From the NCBI GenBank assembly GCA_963716725.1, contig CAVQUB010000013.1, forward strand, positions 128,001 through 192,000: 64,000 nt of DNA, read 5' to 3'. This DNA is from an uncultured delta proteobacterium. Its GTDB lineage: Bacteria; Myxococcota_A; Polyangia; Polyangiales; Polyangiaceae. The notes below the pieces were generated by a model that saw nothing but the letters and a program-made list of their open reading frames with translations, was not told the origin of the DNA and did no database searches. The position numbers and the translations under genes are program-made. How positions within the stretch are numbered: position 1 is the stretch's first letter; the number at the start of each line of letters is the position of its first letter. Of the stretch, positions 42,460 to 51,841 are shown piece after piece.

Positions 42460-43818
42460 ATGGGAGTGAAGGGGTTGCTTGGGGTGGGAGCGGTGTGCTC
42501 CCTGAGCGTTGGGCTTCTGTTCGCGTGCGGCGGTGACGGCAACGCCGGCTTGCCCGGCAGCGGCGGCGTTGCCGGGAGCGGTGGTGTCAACAGTGGTGGC
42601 GCTGGCGGCACCAGCAGCGGCGGCACCAGCAGCGGCGGCAGTGCTGGCAGCGGCGGCAACTTCGGAGGAGCCGCGGGTGCAGGCGGCGCGAGCGGAGGGA
42701 CCGGCGCGGTGGACGGCGGCGGCGCCGGTGGCACGGGACCGACCTGCAACAGCAAGCCCACTGACGATCAGGACAAGGACGGGTTCACCGGCGCGGAAGG
42801 CGACTGCGACGACTGCGATCCGAAGGTGAACCCTGGCGCCATCGAAGCCCCGACCAAGACCGGGGCGACTCCGAAGGACGACGACTGCAACGGCAAGGTC
42901 GACGACTTGCCCGCGGCGTGCGACGACGCGGTAGCGCTGGACGAGCCCGATCCGGCCATCGCGGCGAAGAGCATCGAGCTGTGCAAGAAGCCGGCTAACG
43001 ACAAGGACTGGGGCCTGGTGAGCGCGAAGTGGACCTTGCCCGACGGCGTCGGCATTCCAACGGGGAGCGAGGCCAACTACCACCTGGGTCACGGCGCCCT
43101 CTCGGCCTTCGGGACCAACGGCAAAGTGCAAGCGGGCAAGCGGATGCTCGGGCTGTCGAGCGGGACGGCGCGGCAACCGGCCGACCCCGGCTACCAGGAC
43201 GTCAGCGGATTCGACAAGGGGTTCAAGTCGGCCAGTCCGCCCGGCTACCCGAAGGAGTCGCCCGCCTGTCCGAACGTGACGACCGGGGAGCCCCACGACG
43301 GCGTCGCGCTCGAGGTCATGGTGCGCGCGCCGACCAACGCCGTCGCGTTCTCCTTCGACTCGAATTTCTACACCTTCGAGTGGCCCTCCTACGTGTGCAG
43401 CGAATACAATGACTTTTTCCTGGCATTGATGGCTCCGACTCCGGCCGGGCTCGCCGATCCAAACGTGCTGTACGACGCGCAAGCCAACCTGATCAGCGTC
43501 AATTCGGCACTGCTCGATGTTTGCGGTTGCGCCAGTGGGCCGCCCTGTACCGCCGGCACCAAGTCCTATTCGTGCGCGCAGGGTCCGACCCTGCTCGCAG
43601 GCACGGGGTTCGGCAAAGACTCCTCTGGCGGAGTCGACCACGGCGCGACCGGTTGGCTGGTCACGACGGTGCCGGTGGAGGGCGGCAAGACCTTCAGCAT
43701 GCGATTCACGGTTCACGACTCGTCGGATGGAATTCTCGACTCGACCGCCCTGGTCGACAACTTCACCTGGCTCTTCTCGGACGCGCCCAGCAAACCCACG
43801 ACCATCGCCAAGCCCTGA
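42460..43818 (+). CDS. Gly-rich lipoprotein with DxDxDG/CDD metal-binding motif and extracellular domain
   Basis: LFAC lipobox; DQDKDGF..DCDDCDPKVNPGA; EWPSYVCSEYNDFF. Confidence 0.85.
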   Translation: MGVKGLLGVGAVCSLSVGLLFACGGDGNAGLPGSGGVAGSGGVNSGGAGGTSSGGTSSGGSAGSGGNFGGAAGAGGASGGTGAVDGGGAGGTGPTCNSKPTDDQDKDGFTGAEGDCDDCDPKVNPGAIEAPTKTGATPKDDDCNGKVDDLPAACDDAVALDEPDPAIAAKSIELCKKPANDKDWGLVSAKWTLPDGVGIPTGSEANYHLGHGALSAFGTNGKVQAGKRMLGLSSGTARQPADPGYQDVSGFDKGFKSASPPGYPKESPACPNVTTGEPHDGVALEVMVRAPTNAVAFSFDSNFYTFEWPSYVCSEYNDFFLALMAPTPAGLADPNVLYDAQANLISVNSALLDVCGCASGPPCTAGTKSYSCAQGPTLLAGTGFGKDSSGGVDHGATGWLVTTVPVEGGKTFSMRFTVHDSSDGILDSTALVDNFTWLFSDAPSKPTTIAKP

Positions 43819-43821
43819 TCT

Positions 43822-45396
43822 TCACTTCACCGTGACGCTCCAGGGGAAGACCTCGACGTGCCACTCCTGGGGGTGGGCGTACTTGCCGATGGTGATCGAA
43901 AGCATGCGCTTCTGAACGCACTCTCTGGCGCCCCCGTCACCGCTCATGCCGCCGGCGGTCGAACCGTCGGGTCGGAAGCCGCAGGAGCCGGAGTAGCTTT
44001 CGCTCGCGGCGCCGACCGCCTTGAGCTTCGCGCACGCCGCGGCAGCGGTCGCGGCGACGGCATTCACCTTGTTCTGCACGGCCACCTTGTCGATGGGTTT
44101 GAGCTCGCCGCCCGCTGAGGTGGCGGTCGCCTGGGGCTGCGGGGACTCCGCGGGCCCGGCGGGTGCTGGAGTTGGCGTCGTGGGGACCGGGTCGGCGGCG
44201 GCGGCCGTGGCAGAGCGCGGACGAGTGCCCACCGCCACGGGTTCGGAGCGCGACGTCGAGCTCGGAAGCGCGGGCGACGTCGTCGGCTCCGGTGTCGCGG
44301 CGGGCGGCGGACGGCGGACGCTACCGCCGGCACATCTGCGCCGGCGCCGTAGAAGAAGATGACCCGCTCCAGCGGCAACGACCACGACAGCGCCCACGGC
44401 CACGAGCGCCACGACGCCAATTACGATGGGCAGCATCGACGAACGGCGCGGCCCCGCGCCCGTGACGACGGATTGAGTCGCGCCGACCGCCGCCGGCGGA
44501 GGTGCGCTGACGAAGGATCCGCTCGCGAGTCCGTCGAGCGCGTTGAACGCCGCGCTTGCGTCCGAGAAGCGCTGAAGCGGATCGCGGGCGACGGCACGGG
44601 CGAACCAGGCATCGAAACCGGTGGGCAACGCCTGCTGCATGCCGTACTCGCGGGCGCGATCGGAGGCGGGCGCCATGGCCTCCATCAGCGTCTCCCGAAA
44701 CAAGGCGCTCAGGTTGGCCGACGGATCGTTCGCCGTCCGCCAGTAGTGGCTGCCGGTGAGCAAGCGGAACGCCAACAGTCCCAACGCCCAGACGTCCACC
44801 GCCGGCGTGATGGCGGCCCGGGGATCACTCTGCTCCGGCGCCATCCAGAGCGGGGTTCCGACCTGGCCGGTCCCCGAGTCCTTGGCCTCGGCCGCCAGCT
44901 TCGCGATGCCGAAGTCGAGCACCTTGACCTGACGGCTCGCGGTGGCGCTGTGCACCTCCGCGAGGAAGACGTTCTCCGGCTTGATGTCCCGGTGCACGAT
45001 GCCCACCGAGTGCGCCGCACCGAGCGCGTGACAGAGCTGCCGAAACACAGACAGGAGCTCGCTGAAGGGCATGGGGCCGCAGCGCTGCGCGAGTGCGCCG
45101 AGATCTTCTCCCTGCAAGAGCTCCATGGCCAGCCAAGGGATCCCCATCCGAGGGTCGACGCCCGCGGCGATCACCTCGACGACGTGCTCGCTCGGCACTT
45201 GACCACCGATGCGCGCTTCTTGCTCGAAGCGCTCACGCATGCGCGGCTCTGCGACCAGAGTCGGGTGCATGACCTTGAGCGCGCGTCTCTGGCCAGTGCT
45301 GATCTGTTCGACCACCCAGACGCCGCCCATGCCGCCCCGCGCGAGCTCTCGCTCGACCCGAAAGTCACCCCCGACGATGGCGCCCGCGACCAGCAT
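43822..45396 (-). CDS. Membrane Ser/Thr protein kinase
   Basis: ARGGMGGV, ALK, HRDIKPEN, DFG, MAPE, TM segment; probable compensating indels near 44320-44367. Confidence 0.92.
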   Translation of the reverse strand: MLVAGAIVGGDFRVERELARGGMGGVWVVEQISTGQRRALKVMHPTLVAEPRMRERFEQEARIGGQVPSEHVVEVIAAGVDPRMGIPWLAMELLQGEDLGALAQRCGPMPFSELLSVFRQLCHALGAAHSVGIVHRDIKPENVFLAEVHSATASRQVKVLDFGIAKLAAEAKDSGTGQVGTPLWMAPEQSDPRAAITPAVDVWALGLLAFRLLTGSHYWRTANDPSANLSALFRETLMEAMAPASDRAREYGMQQALPTGFDAWFARAVARDPLQRFSDASAAFNALDGLASGSFVSAPPPAAVGATQSVVTGAGPRRSSMLPIVIGVVALVAVGAVVVVAAGAGHLLLRRRRRCAGGSVRRPPPAATPEPTTSPALPSSTSRSEPVAVGTRPRSATAAAADPVPTTPTPAPAGPAESPQPQATATSAGGELKPIDKVAVQNKVNAVAATAAAACAKLKAVGAASESYSGSCGFRPDGSTAGGMSGDGGARECVQKRMLSITIGKYAHPQEWHVEVFPWSVTVK

Positions 45397-45594
45397 CGCT
45401 TCGGGTTATGGCACGACTGGAGTTGGATGCGCAGCGGACTCGGCCTTCGCCTACCCGCAACGCTGGAGCAGGCTCGTGCCTCCTAGGCCGATGCGCGGCC
45501 GTTTCTGCCCTGAGGGGCGAAAGACGCGAAGTGCGGGCGCCGGTGCGGCTTTGTCCGCGGTGACTCGCCCTGCAAACCGCGCTAGTCAGCGGGC

Positions 45595-46869
45595 ATGACC
45601 GGACCGCGTTCGACCGAGCTCCTGACACGCGCCGAGCGACTTCTGCCGGGCGGGGTCAACAGCCCCGTGAGGGCGTATCGCGCGGTCGGTGGCAACCCGC
45701 CCTTCATCGCCAGCGCCAGCGGCGCTCGACTCACCGACGCCGACGGTCGACAGTACGTCGACTACGTGGGCTCTTGGGGTCCCGCCATCTTGGGGCACGC
45801 GCACGCCAAGGTCGTTCTCGCGGTAAAGGAGAGCGCGGAGCGTGGGCTATCGTTCGGCGCACCGACGGAGCTCGAGGTGCGCTTCGCCGAGGCGGTCGTC
45901 GAGCGTTACCCCAGCATCGAGATGCTGCGCTGCGTGTCGAGCGGCACCGAGGCGACGATGAGCGCGCTCAGAGTGGCTCGCGGTTTCACCGGCCGTGACG
46001 TGATCGTGAAGTTCGACGGCTGCTATCACGGCCACTCGGACGCCCTCTTGGTCAAGGCGGGCAGCGGCGCGGCGACCTTCGGAAACCCGGACAGCGGCGG
46101 CGTGCCCGCGAGCGTGGTCGAGAACACGGCGACCTTGTCGTTCAACGACGAGCCCGCGCTCCGGGCCCTGTTCCGCGAGAGCGGCGCTCGCATCGCTGCC
46201 GTGATCGTCGAGCCGGTGGTCGGCAACATGGGCTGCGTGCCCCCGGACCCCGGATTTTTGCAGACCCTGCGTGCGCTCACGACCGAGGCCGGTGCGCTGT
46301 TGATCTTCGACGAGGTCATGACGGGCTGTCGGCTGGCGCGCGGCGGTGCGCAGGAGCGCTTTGGCATCGTCCCGGATCTGACCTGCCTCGGCAAAGTGAT
46401 CGGCGGCGGCCTGCCGCTGGCCGCGTACGGCGGGCGCCGGGACGTGATGCAGAAGATCGCGCCGCTGGGTCCAGTGTATCAAGCCGGGACCCTGAGCGGG
46501 AATCCGGTGGCAGTGAGCGCCGGCCTCGCCACGCTGGCCGAGCTCGGTCCGGAGGTCTACGCAAGGCTCGAGGCCCTGGGCGCGCGACTCGAGGCGGGGC
46601 TCGCCGAAGCCGTGAAGAAGTCGGGCACCGTGGCCTGCGTCCAACGGGTGGGCTCGATGCTCACCTTGTTCTTTCACCCGGGACCGGTCCGATCCTGGAC
46701 CGATGCCGATCGCTGTGATCGCGAGCGCTTCGGTCTTTGGCACCGCGGGCTGCTCGAGCGCGGTGTGTACTGGCCAGCGTCGCAGTTCGAGGCTGCATTC
46801 ATCAGCGCGGCGCACACGGAAGCGGACATCGACGCGACGGTGAAGGCCGCTGGCGAAGCGCTGGGCTGA
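45595..46869 (+). CDS. hemL: Glutamate-1-semialdehyde 2,1-aminomutase
   Basis: PGGVNSPVRA, SGTEATMSA, FDEVMTG, GKVIGGGLP, YQAGTLSGNP. Confidence 0.97.
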   Translation: MTGPRSTELLTRAERLLPGGVNSPVRAYRAVGGNPPFIASASGARLTDADGRQYVDYVGSWGPAILGHAHAKVVLAVKESAERGLSFGAPTELEVRFAEAVVERYPSIEMLRCVSSGTEATMSALRVARGFTGRDVIVKFDGCYHGHSDALLVKAGSGAATFGNPDSGGVPASVVENTATLSFNDEPALRALFRESGARIAAVIVEPVVGNMGCVPPDPGFLQTLRALTTEAGALLIFDEVMTGCRLARGGAQERFGIVPDLTCLGKVIGGGLPLAAYGGRRDVMQKIAPLGPVYQAGTLSGNPVAVSAGLATLAELGPEVYARLEALGARLEAGLAEAVKKSGTVACVQRVGSMLTLFFHPGPVRSWTDADRCDRERFGLWHRGLLERGVYWPASQFEAAFISAAHTEADIDATVKAAGEALG

Positions 46870-46873
46870 AACC

Positions 46874-47632
46874 TCAGCCCGTGAGCATGCACCCGGGGTT
46901 CATGACCTTGAAGGTCCGCTTCACGCTGCCGGCGCCCTGAACGTCGATCTCGACTTCGAAATCGACGAGCTGGTTTTCTGGGAGATCGCAGACCGATTCC
47001 AGGGGAAAGATCCCGTAGACGCCCAGCGACTCGCCGCCGCAGTGGAGCGTGATGGCCGCCGGCGTGGACGCGCTGGGTTTGCCCGCCGCCGAGAGCGTCG
47101 TGTCCGCGCGAACGCAGCTCGCGTCGACGCCGCTCACCCGCACTCGATAGCCCACCATGGGGCTACCCTGCCCTCCCCAGATGAGCGAGAGCTCGGAACC
47201 CTCTGGGAGCGGCTCGAAGGGCTTGGCTGGATCGGCGGCGCCGATCTCGACGACCGCGCCAGCTGCTTGACCCGCGAAGGGCTTGTTGCAGGTCTCGCTG
47301 AGGGGCGGCACGGGACAGCCGCCCCCGATAGCGCCTTCGCAGGTGGCATCGCCAGCCCAGCGACCTTGGCCACAGGTAAACGTCCAGGTGTTCATCCCGT
47401 CGCCCACCGGGTACTGACAGGTGTCGGCGAGCTCGCAGCGCGCCCCCGGGAACGGCACCTTCGCCGGGCACACGACATCCGGCAGCGCGCAAGCGCCTCC
47501 ACCGCCGCCGACCCCCGCACCTCCGCCCGATCCTCCACTGGCGGAGCTCTCTTGCACGCTGCCAGAGCACGCGAAGGACGAGACACCCACGGCGAAGAGA
47601 AACCAGAGAGCGGTGAGGTGCGAGCGAAGCAT
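46874..47632 (-). CDS. Hypothetical Cys-containing lipoprotein
   Basis: SFAC lipobox and Gly linker. Confidence 0.7.
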   Translation of the reverse strand: MLRSHLTALWFLFAVGVSSFACSGSVQESSASGGSGGGAGVGGGGGACALPDVVCPAKVPFPGARCELADTCQYPVGDGMNTWTFTCGQGRWAGDATCEGAIGGGCPVPPLSETCNKPFAGQAAGAVVEIGAADPAKPFEPLPEGSELSLIWGGQGSPMVGYRVRVSGVDASCVRADTTLSAAGKPSASTPAAITLHCGGESLGVYGIFPLESVCDLPENQLVDFEVEIDVQGAGSVKRTFKVMNPGCMLTG

Positions 47633-47736
47633 GCGGCGCGCTTGTGCAACCCGTGTGCCGACGGGCACCGCTACGAATGGCCGGGGCTTCGGCCTCGACC
47701 GCTGACTAGGCCCTGGCACACAGTGGCACTAGCGCG

Positions 47737-48036
47737 TCACCACGACCCGTGGCTGCCGTGCGATCCGTGGCTGCCGTGCGATCCGTGGCTGCCGTGCGAT
47801 CCGTGGCTGCCGTGCGATCCGTGGCTGCCGTGCGATCCGTGGCTGCCGTGCGATCCGTGGCTGCCGTGCGAACAGTGCTGGGCGGGAAAGACTCCGTCCG
47901 GTCCCCCGATCTCGGGAGCCTCCGCGCAGTTGTCCTTCGCCTTCTCGATCACGGCGTCCTCGGCCTTGCTGAGCATGCCGCGAGCGCTCCGAGCGAATGT
48001 CGGCAGCGCCCCGGAGCCGTCGTTCTTGGGAGCCAC
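47737..48036 (-). CDS. His-Xaa-Ser repeat peptide (HxsA-like putative RiPP precursor)
   Basis: Leader followed by HCS(HGS)14W; co-oriented 46 nt downstream of ppdK. Confidence 0.8.
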   Translation of the reverse strand: MAPKNDGSGALPTFARSARGMLSKAEDAVIEKAKDNCAEAPEIGGPDGVFPAQHCSHGSHGSHGSHGSHGSHGSHGSHGSHGSHGSHGSHGSHGSHGSW

Positions 48037-48082
48037 GAACCCAGCCTAGCCCATCGAGCCGATGGGGACTAGGCCGCCGCCC

Positions 48083-50827
48083 TCAGACCGTGCGGCCCTG
48101 CTCGCCCTTGACGCGCTTTCGCAAGGTGGCCTGCGCAGCGGCCAAGCGCGCGATGGGCACGCGGAAGGGCGAGCACGAGACGTAGGCCAACCCCACGTCG
48201 TCGAAGAAGAAGATGCTCTCCGGATCTCCGCCGTGCTCCCCGCAGATCCCGAGGGAGATGTCGGCGCGGGTCTGCTTGCCTCGGTCGACCGCCATCTGGA
48301 CGAGCTGACCGACGCCCTCGGCGTCGAGCGAGACGAAGGGCTCGTGGGGCAGGATGCCGCGATCAACGTACTCGGGTAGGAAGCGCCCCGCGTCGTCGCG
48401 CGACAAGCCCAGGGTGGTCTGGGTCAGGTCGTTGGTGCCGAAGGAGAAGAACTCGGCCACCTCGGCCAGCTGGTGGGCGAGCAGCGCCGCTCGCGGCAGC
48501 TCGATCATCGTGCCGTACTTGTACTTGACCTCGACGCCTTGCTCCTTGAAGACCTGCGCGGCGACCTCGGTGACCACGGTCTTCATCAGCTCGAGTTCCT
48601 TCTTGCTGAGCGAGAGCGGAATCATGATCTCGGGCAGCACCTTCACGCCCTCCTTGTGGACCCTGCAGGCCGCGGTCAGGACGGCGCGGGTCTGCATGGC
48701 GCAGATCTCCGGGTAAGTGACGGCGAGGCGCACGCCGCGGTGACCGAGCATCGGGTTGAACTCGTGCAGCTCGTCGACCTTGCGACCGAGATCCGAAGCC
48801 GCAACGCCCAGGGTCTTGGCCAGCTCCTCGATCTGCGCCGTCTGCTGCGGCAAGAACTCGTGCAGGGGTGGATCCAAGAAGCGGATGGTCACCGGCAAGT
48901 CGTGCATCTCCCGGAAGATGCCGACGAAGTCCTCGATCTGGAAGGGCAGCAGCTTCGCCAAGGCCTTCTCACGTGCCGCCACGTTGCCAGCGAGGATCAT
49001 CTCGCGCACGGCTGCGATCCGGGCCTCTTCGAAGAACATGTGCTCGGTGCGGCACAATCCGATGCCCTCCGCGCCGAGCTCCCGGGCCTTCTTCGCCTGC
49101 TCGGGGGTGTCGGCGTTGGTGCGAACCCGCATGCGCCGAGCCGCGTCGGCCCAGTCCATGAGCTCGCCCACTTCGCCGGTGAGCTTGGGCTCGACCTTGG
49201 GGACCTCGCCCAGATAGACCAAGCCTGACGAGCCATCGATGGTGATCACATCGGCGAGCCGCACGACGGCGATATCGCCGCGCTCGGGTCGCACCGTCAT
49301 GATCTGGTTTTCGTAGTCGATGCTGACGCCGTGGCAACCGACGACGCAGCTCCGTCCCATGCCGCGGGCGACCACCGCCGCGTGGCTCGTGGCGCCGCCG
49401 CGTGCGGTCAGAATGCCCTTGGCCGCCTTCATGCCGTGCAGATCCTCGGGGGAGGTCTCGACGCGCACGAGGATGACCGCTTCGCCCTTCTCCGCACGCT
49501 TCTCGGCCTCGTCAGCGCTGAACACCACGCGACCGGTCACGGCCCCCGGGGAAGCCGGAAGCCCGTGGGCAACCGCCGGCACCGAATACTTGGGATCAAT
49601 CGAGGGGAACATCAGCTGCTCGAGTCGGTTCGCTTCGACGCGCAGGACCGCCTCGTCCTGGCTGATCAAGCCCTCCTTGGCCATGTCCACCGCAATCTTC
49701 ACCTCGGCCCGGGCCGCACGCTTGCCGTTGCGCGTCTGCAGCATGTACAGGCGGCCGTCCTCGATGGTGAACTCGAGGTCCTGCATGTCGCGGAAGTGAC
49801 CCTCGAGCCGCGCCTGAATTTCGTGGAGCTGCTTGTAGCTCTCGGGCAGCGCCTCCTCGAGGGAGAGTCCGGCCGTGGAGGGCCCCTTCGAGATGGGTCG
49901 CGGCGTCCGAATGCCAGCCACGACGTCCTCGCCCTGGGCGTTCGGCAACCACTCGCCGAAGAACTGCTTCTCGCCGGTGCTCGGATCGCGCGTGAAGGCG
50001 ACTCCGGTCGCGCTGCTCTCGCCGAGGTTCCCGAACACCATGCTCTGCACGTTGACCGCGGTGCCCCACTCCCCGGGGATGCCATGCATCTTCCGGTACA
50101 AGATCGCCCGGTCGTTATTCCAACTGGTGAACACGGCGCTGATGGCGCCCATCAGCTGGTCCACGGGTTTCTCGGGGAAGCCCTGGCCCGTCGCCTTGGT
50201 GATGATCTGCTTGAAGCTCTCGACGACCTGTTGCAGGTGGGCCGCGTCGAACTGGCTGTCCGGCACCGCGCGCACGAGTGCCTCGATGTCATCGGGCACG
50301 GCAACGCCCAAGGTCTTTGCCATCCGAGCGCGGACTTCGTTCAGCGCCTGATGGAAGGCGTGAGCCTTCACGTTCAGCACCACGCTGCCGTACATGCTCA
50401 AGAAGCGCCGATAGGCATCGTAGACGAAGCGAGGGTTCTTGGTGCGTTCGGCCATGCTCTTGGCCGTCGTATCGTTCAGACCCAAGTTCAAGATGGTGTC
50501 CATCATGCCGGGCATGCTGGCCCGCGCGCCGCTGCGCACGCTGACCAGAAGGGGGTTCTCGGGGTCGCCGAACTTCTTGCCGAGTTCCTTCTCGAGCCAG
50601 GCCATGTTTTCCGCCACGGCGTCCTTCAGCCCCGCCGGCATCTGCTTGCCGCCCTCGTAGTACGCGGTGCAGACCTCCGTGGTGATGGTGAAGCCCGGAG
50701 GCACCGGGATGCCCAGGTTCGCCATTTCTGCGAGCCCCGCTCCTTTGCCGCCGAGGAGCGCCTTCATGTCGCCCCGGCCGTCTGCCTTGCCCGCCCCGAA
50801 CCGAAAGATGATCTTCTTGGTGCTCAT
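48083..50827 (-). CDS. ppdK: Pyruvate, phosphate dikinase
   Basis: LLGGKGAGLAEM, SVRSGARASMPGMMDT, TSHAAVVAR, GTNDLTQ, GICGEHGG. Confidence 0.98.
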   Translation of the reverse strand: MSTKKIIFRFGAGKADGRGDMKALLGGKGAGLAEMANLGIPVPPGFTITTEVCTAYYEGGKQMPAGLKDAVAENMAWLEKELGKKFGDPENPLLVSVRSGARASMPGMMDTILNLGLNDTTAKSMAERTKNPRFVYDAYRRFLSMYGSVVLNVKAHAFHQALNEVRARMAKTLGVAVPDDIEALVRAVPDSQFDAAHLQQVVESFKQIITKATGQGFPEKPVDQLMGAISAVFTSWNNDRAILYRKMHGIPGEWGTAVNVQSMVFGNLGESSATGVAFTRDPSTGEKQFFGEWLPNAQGEDVVAGIRTPRPISKGPSTAGLSLEEALPESYKQLHEIQARLEGHFRDMQDLEFTIEDGRLYMLQTRNGKRAARAEVKIAVDMAKEGLISQDEAVLRVEANRLEQLMFPSIDPKYSVPAVAHGLPASPGAVTGRVVFSADEAEKRAEKGEAVILVRVETSPEDLHGMKAAKGILTARGGATSHAAVVARGMGRSCVVGCHGVSIDYENQIMTVRPERGDIAVVRLADVITIDGSSGLVYLGEVPKVEPKLTGEVGELMDWADAARRMRVRTNADTPEQAKKARELGAEGIGLCRTEHMFFEEARIAAVREMILAGNVAAREKALAKLLPFQIEDFVGIFREMHDLPVTIRFLDPPLHEFLPQQTAQIEELAKTLGVAASDLGRKVDELHEFNPMLGHRGVRLAVTYPEICAMQTRAVLTAACRVHKEGVKVLPEIMIPLSLSKKELELMKTVVTEVAAQVFKEQGVEVKYKYGTMIELPRAALLAHQLAEVAEFFSFGTNDLTQTTLGLSRDDAGRFLPEYVDRGILPHEPFVSLDAEGVGQLVQMAVDRGKQTRADISLGICGEHGGDPESIFFFDDVGLAYVSCSPFRVPIARLAAAQATLRKRVKGEQGRTV

Positions 50828-50935
50828 GCTGACGGCGTCATCGCAGAGCGGCCCGCCCGCTGCAAGGCGCGCGCGGCACGCAGCAGATTCCGCGGCGAAG
50901 GCCCCACGACGCGGAGCGTCGAAAAGTTTGCGCGC

Positions 50936-51832
50936 CTATTCGTCTTCAGCCGCCGCCGCAACGACGGGTGCGCCAGCGCGTCTCGACACGAGCCAGCCGA
51001 ACGCTCCGGCCGTGAAGAACATGATCAAGCTGTAAATGGCCGGAGGGATCGCCATCGTCGAATTGTTCAAGAGCGTCGGGCTCGCGGCGATGGCGATAGC
51101 CAAGGTCCCGTTGTGAATTCCGATTTCCATGCCGATGGCGATGGCCTGGCGGCGCTCGACGCGGAGCAGCAGCGGCACGAAGTAGCCGACGGTCATGCTG
51201 GCCAGGTTGAACGCCAGCGCGGCGACCCCGACCTGACGGAAGAACCCGCCGATGTTCGCGCGCTCCTTCGCCACCGCCGACGCGATCACCAAAATGAGGA
51301 ACACGGCCGAGAGAATGCGCACCGGTTTCTCGAGGCGCCCCGCCGTCGCGCGCTTCTTGGAGCGGATCAGCATCCCGATGCCCACGGGCACCAGCACGAT
51401 GGCGAACACCTGCAGGACCTTGTCGAATTGGAGCGGGATCACCTTGCCGCTGCCCATGAACGCTTCGAGCGAGAAGTTCACGATGAAGGGCAGTGTGAGC
51501 AGCGCGAGCACACTGTTGACAGCGGTGAGCGTGATGTTGAGCGCCACGTCACCCTTCGCCAGGTGACTGAACAGGTTGGCGGTGGCGCCGCCCGGCGCCG
51601 CCGAGAGCAACATCAATCCGACGGCGAGCTCGGGCGGCAGACCAAAGCCTCGTGCGATTCCGAAGCAGACCGCTGGCAGGACCAACATCTGACACGCCAG
51701 CCCGACGAACACGGCGCGCGGGTACACGAGCACGCGCCGAAAATCCGCGAGCGTGAGCGACAGCCCGAGCCCGAGCATGATGACGCCGAGGGCCAGCGGG
51801 AGAAACACGGCGGTGATGACGTTCGATTGCAT
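50936..51832 (-). CDS. Bile acid:sodium symporter (BASS) family transporter
   Basis: IMLGLGLSL, PGGATANL..LAKGDVAL, EIGIHNGTLA. Confidence 0.93.
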   Translation of the reverse strand: MQSNVITAVFLPLALGVIMLGLGLSLTLADFRRVLVYPRAVFVGLACQMLVLPAVCFGIARGFGLPPELAVGLMLLSAAPGGATANLFSHLAKGDVALNITLTAVNSVLALLTLPFIVNFSLEAFMGSGKVIPLQFDKVLQVFAIVLVPVGIGMLIRSKKRATAGRLEKPVRILSAVFLILVIASAVAKERANIGGFFRQVGVAALAFNLASMTVGYFVPLLLRVERRQAIAIGMEIGIHNGTLAIAIAASPTLLNNSTMAIPPAIYSLIMFFTAGAFGWLVSRRAGAPVVAAAAEDE

Positions 51833-51841
51833 GATGCCCTC

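Noticed and set aside
47745..47872. 18-bp repeat array as a CRISPR array
   Set aside because: No unique spacers and no cas genes; it encodes (HGS)n.
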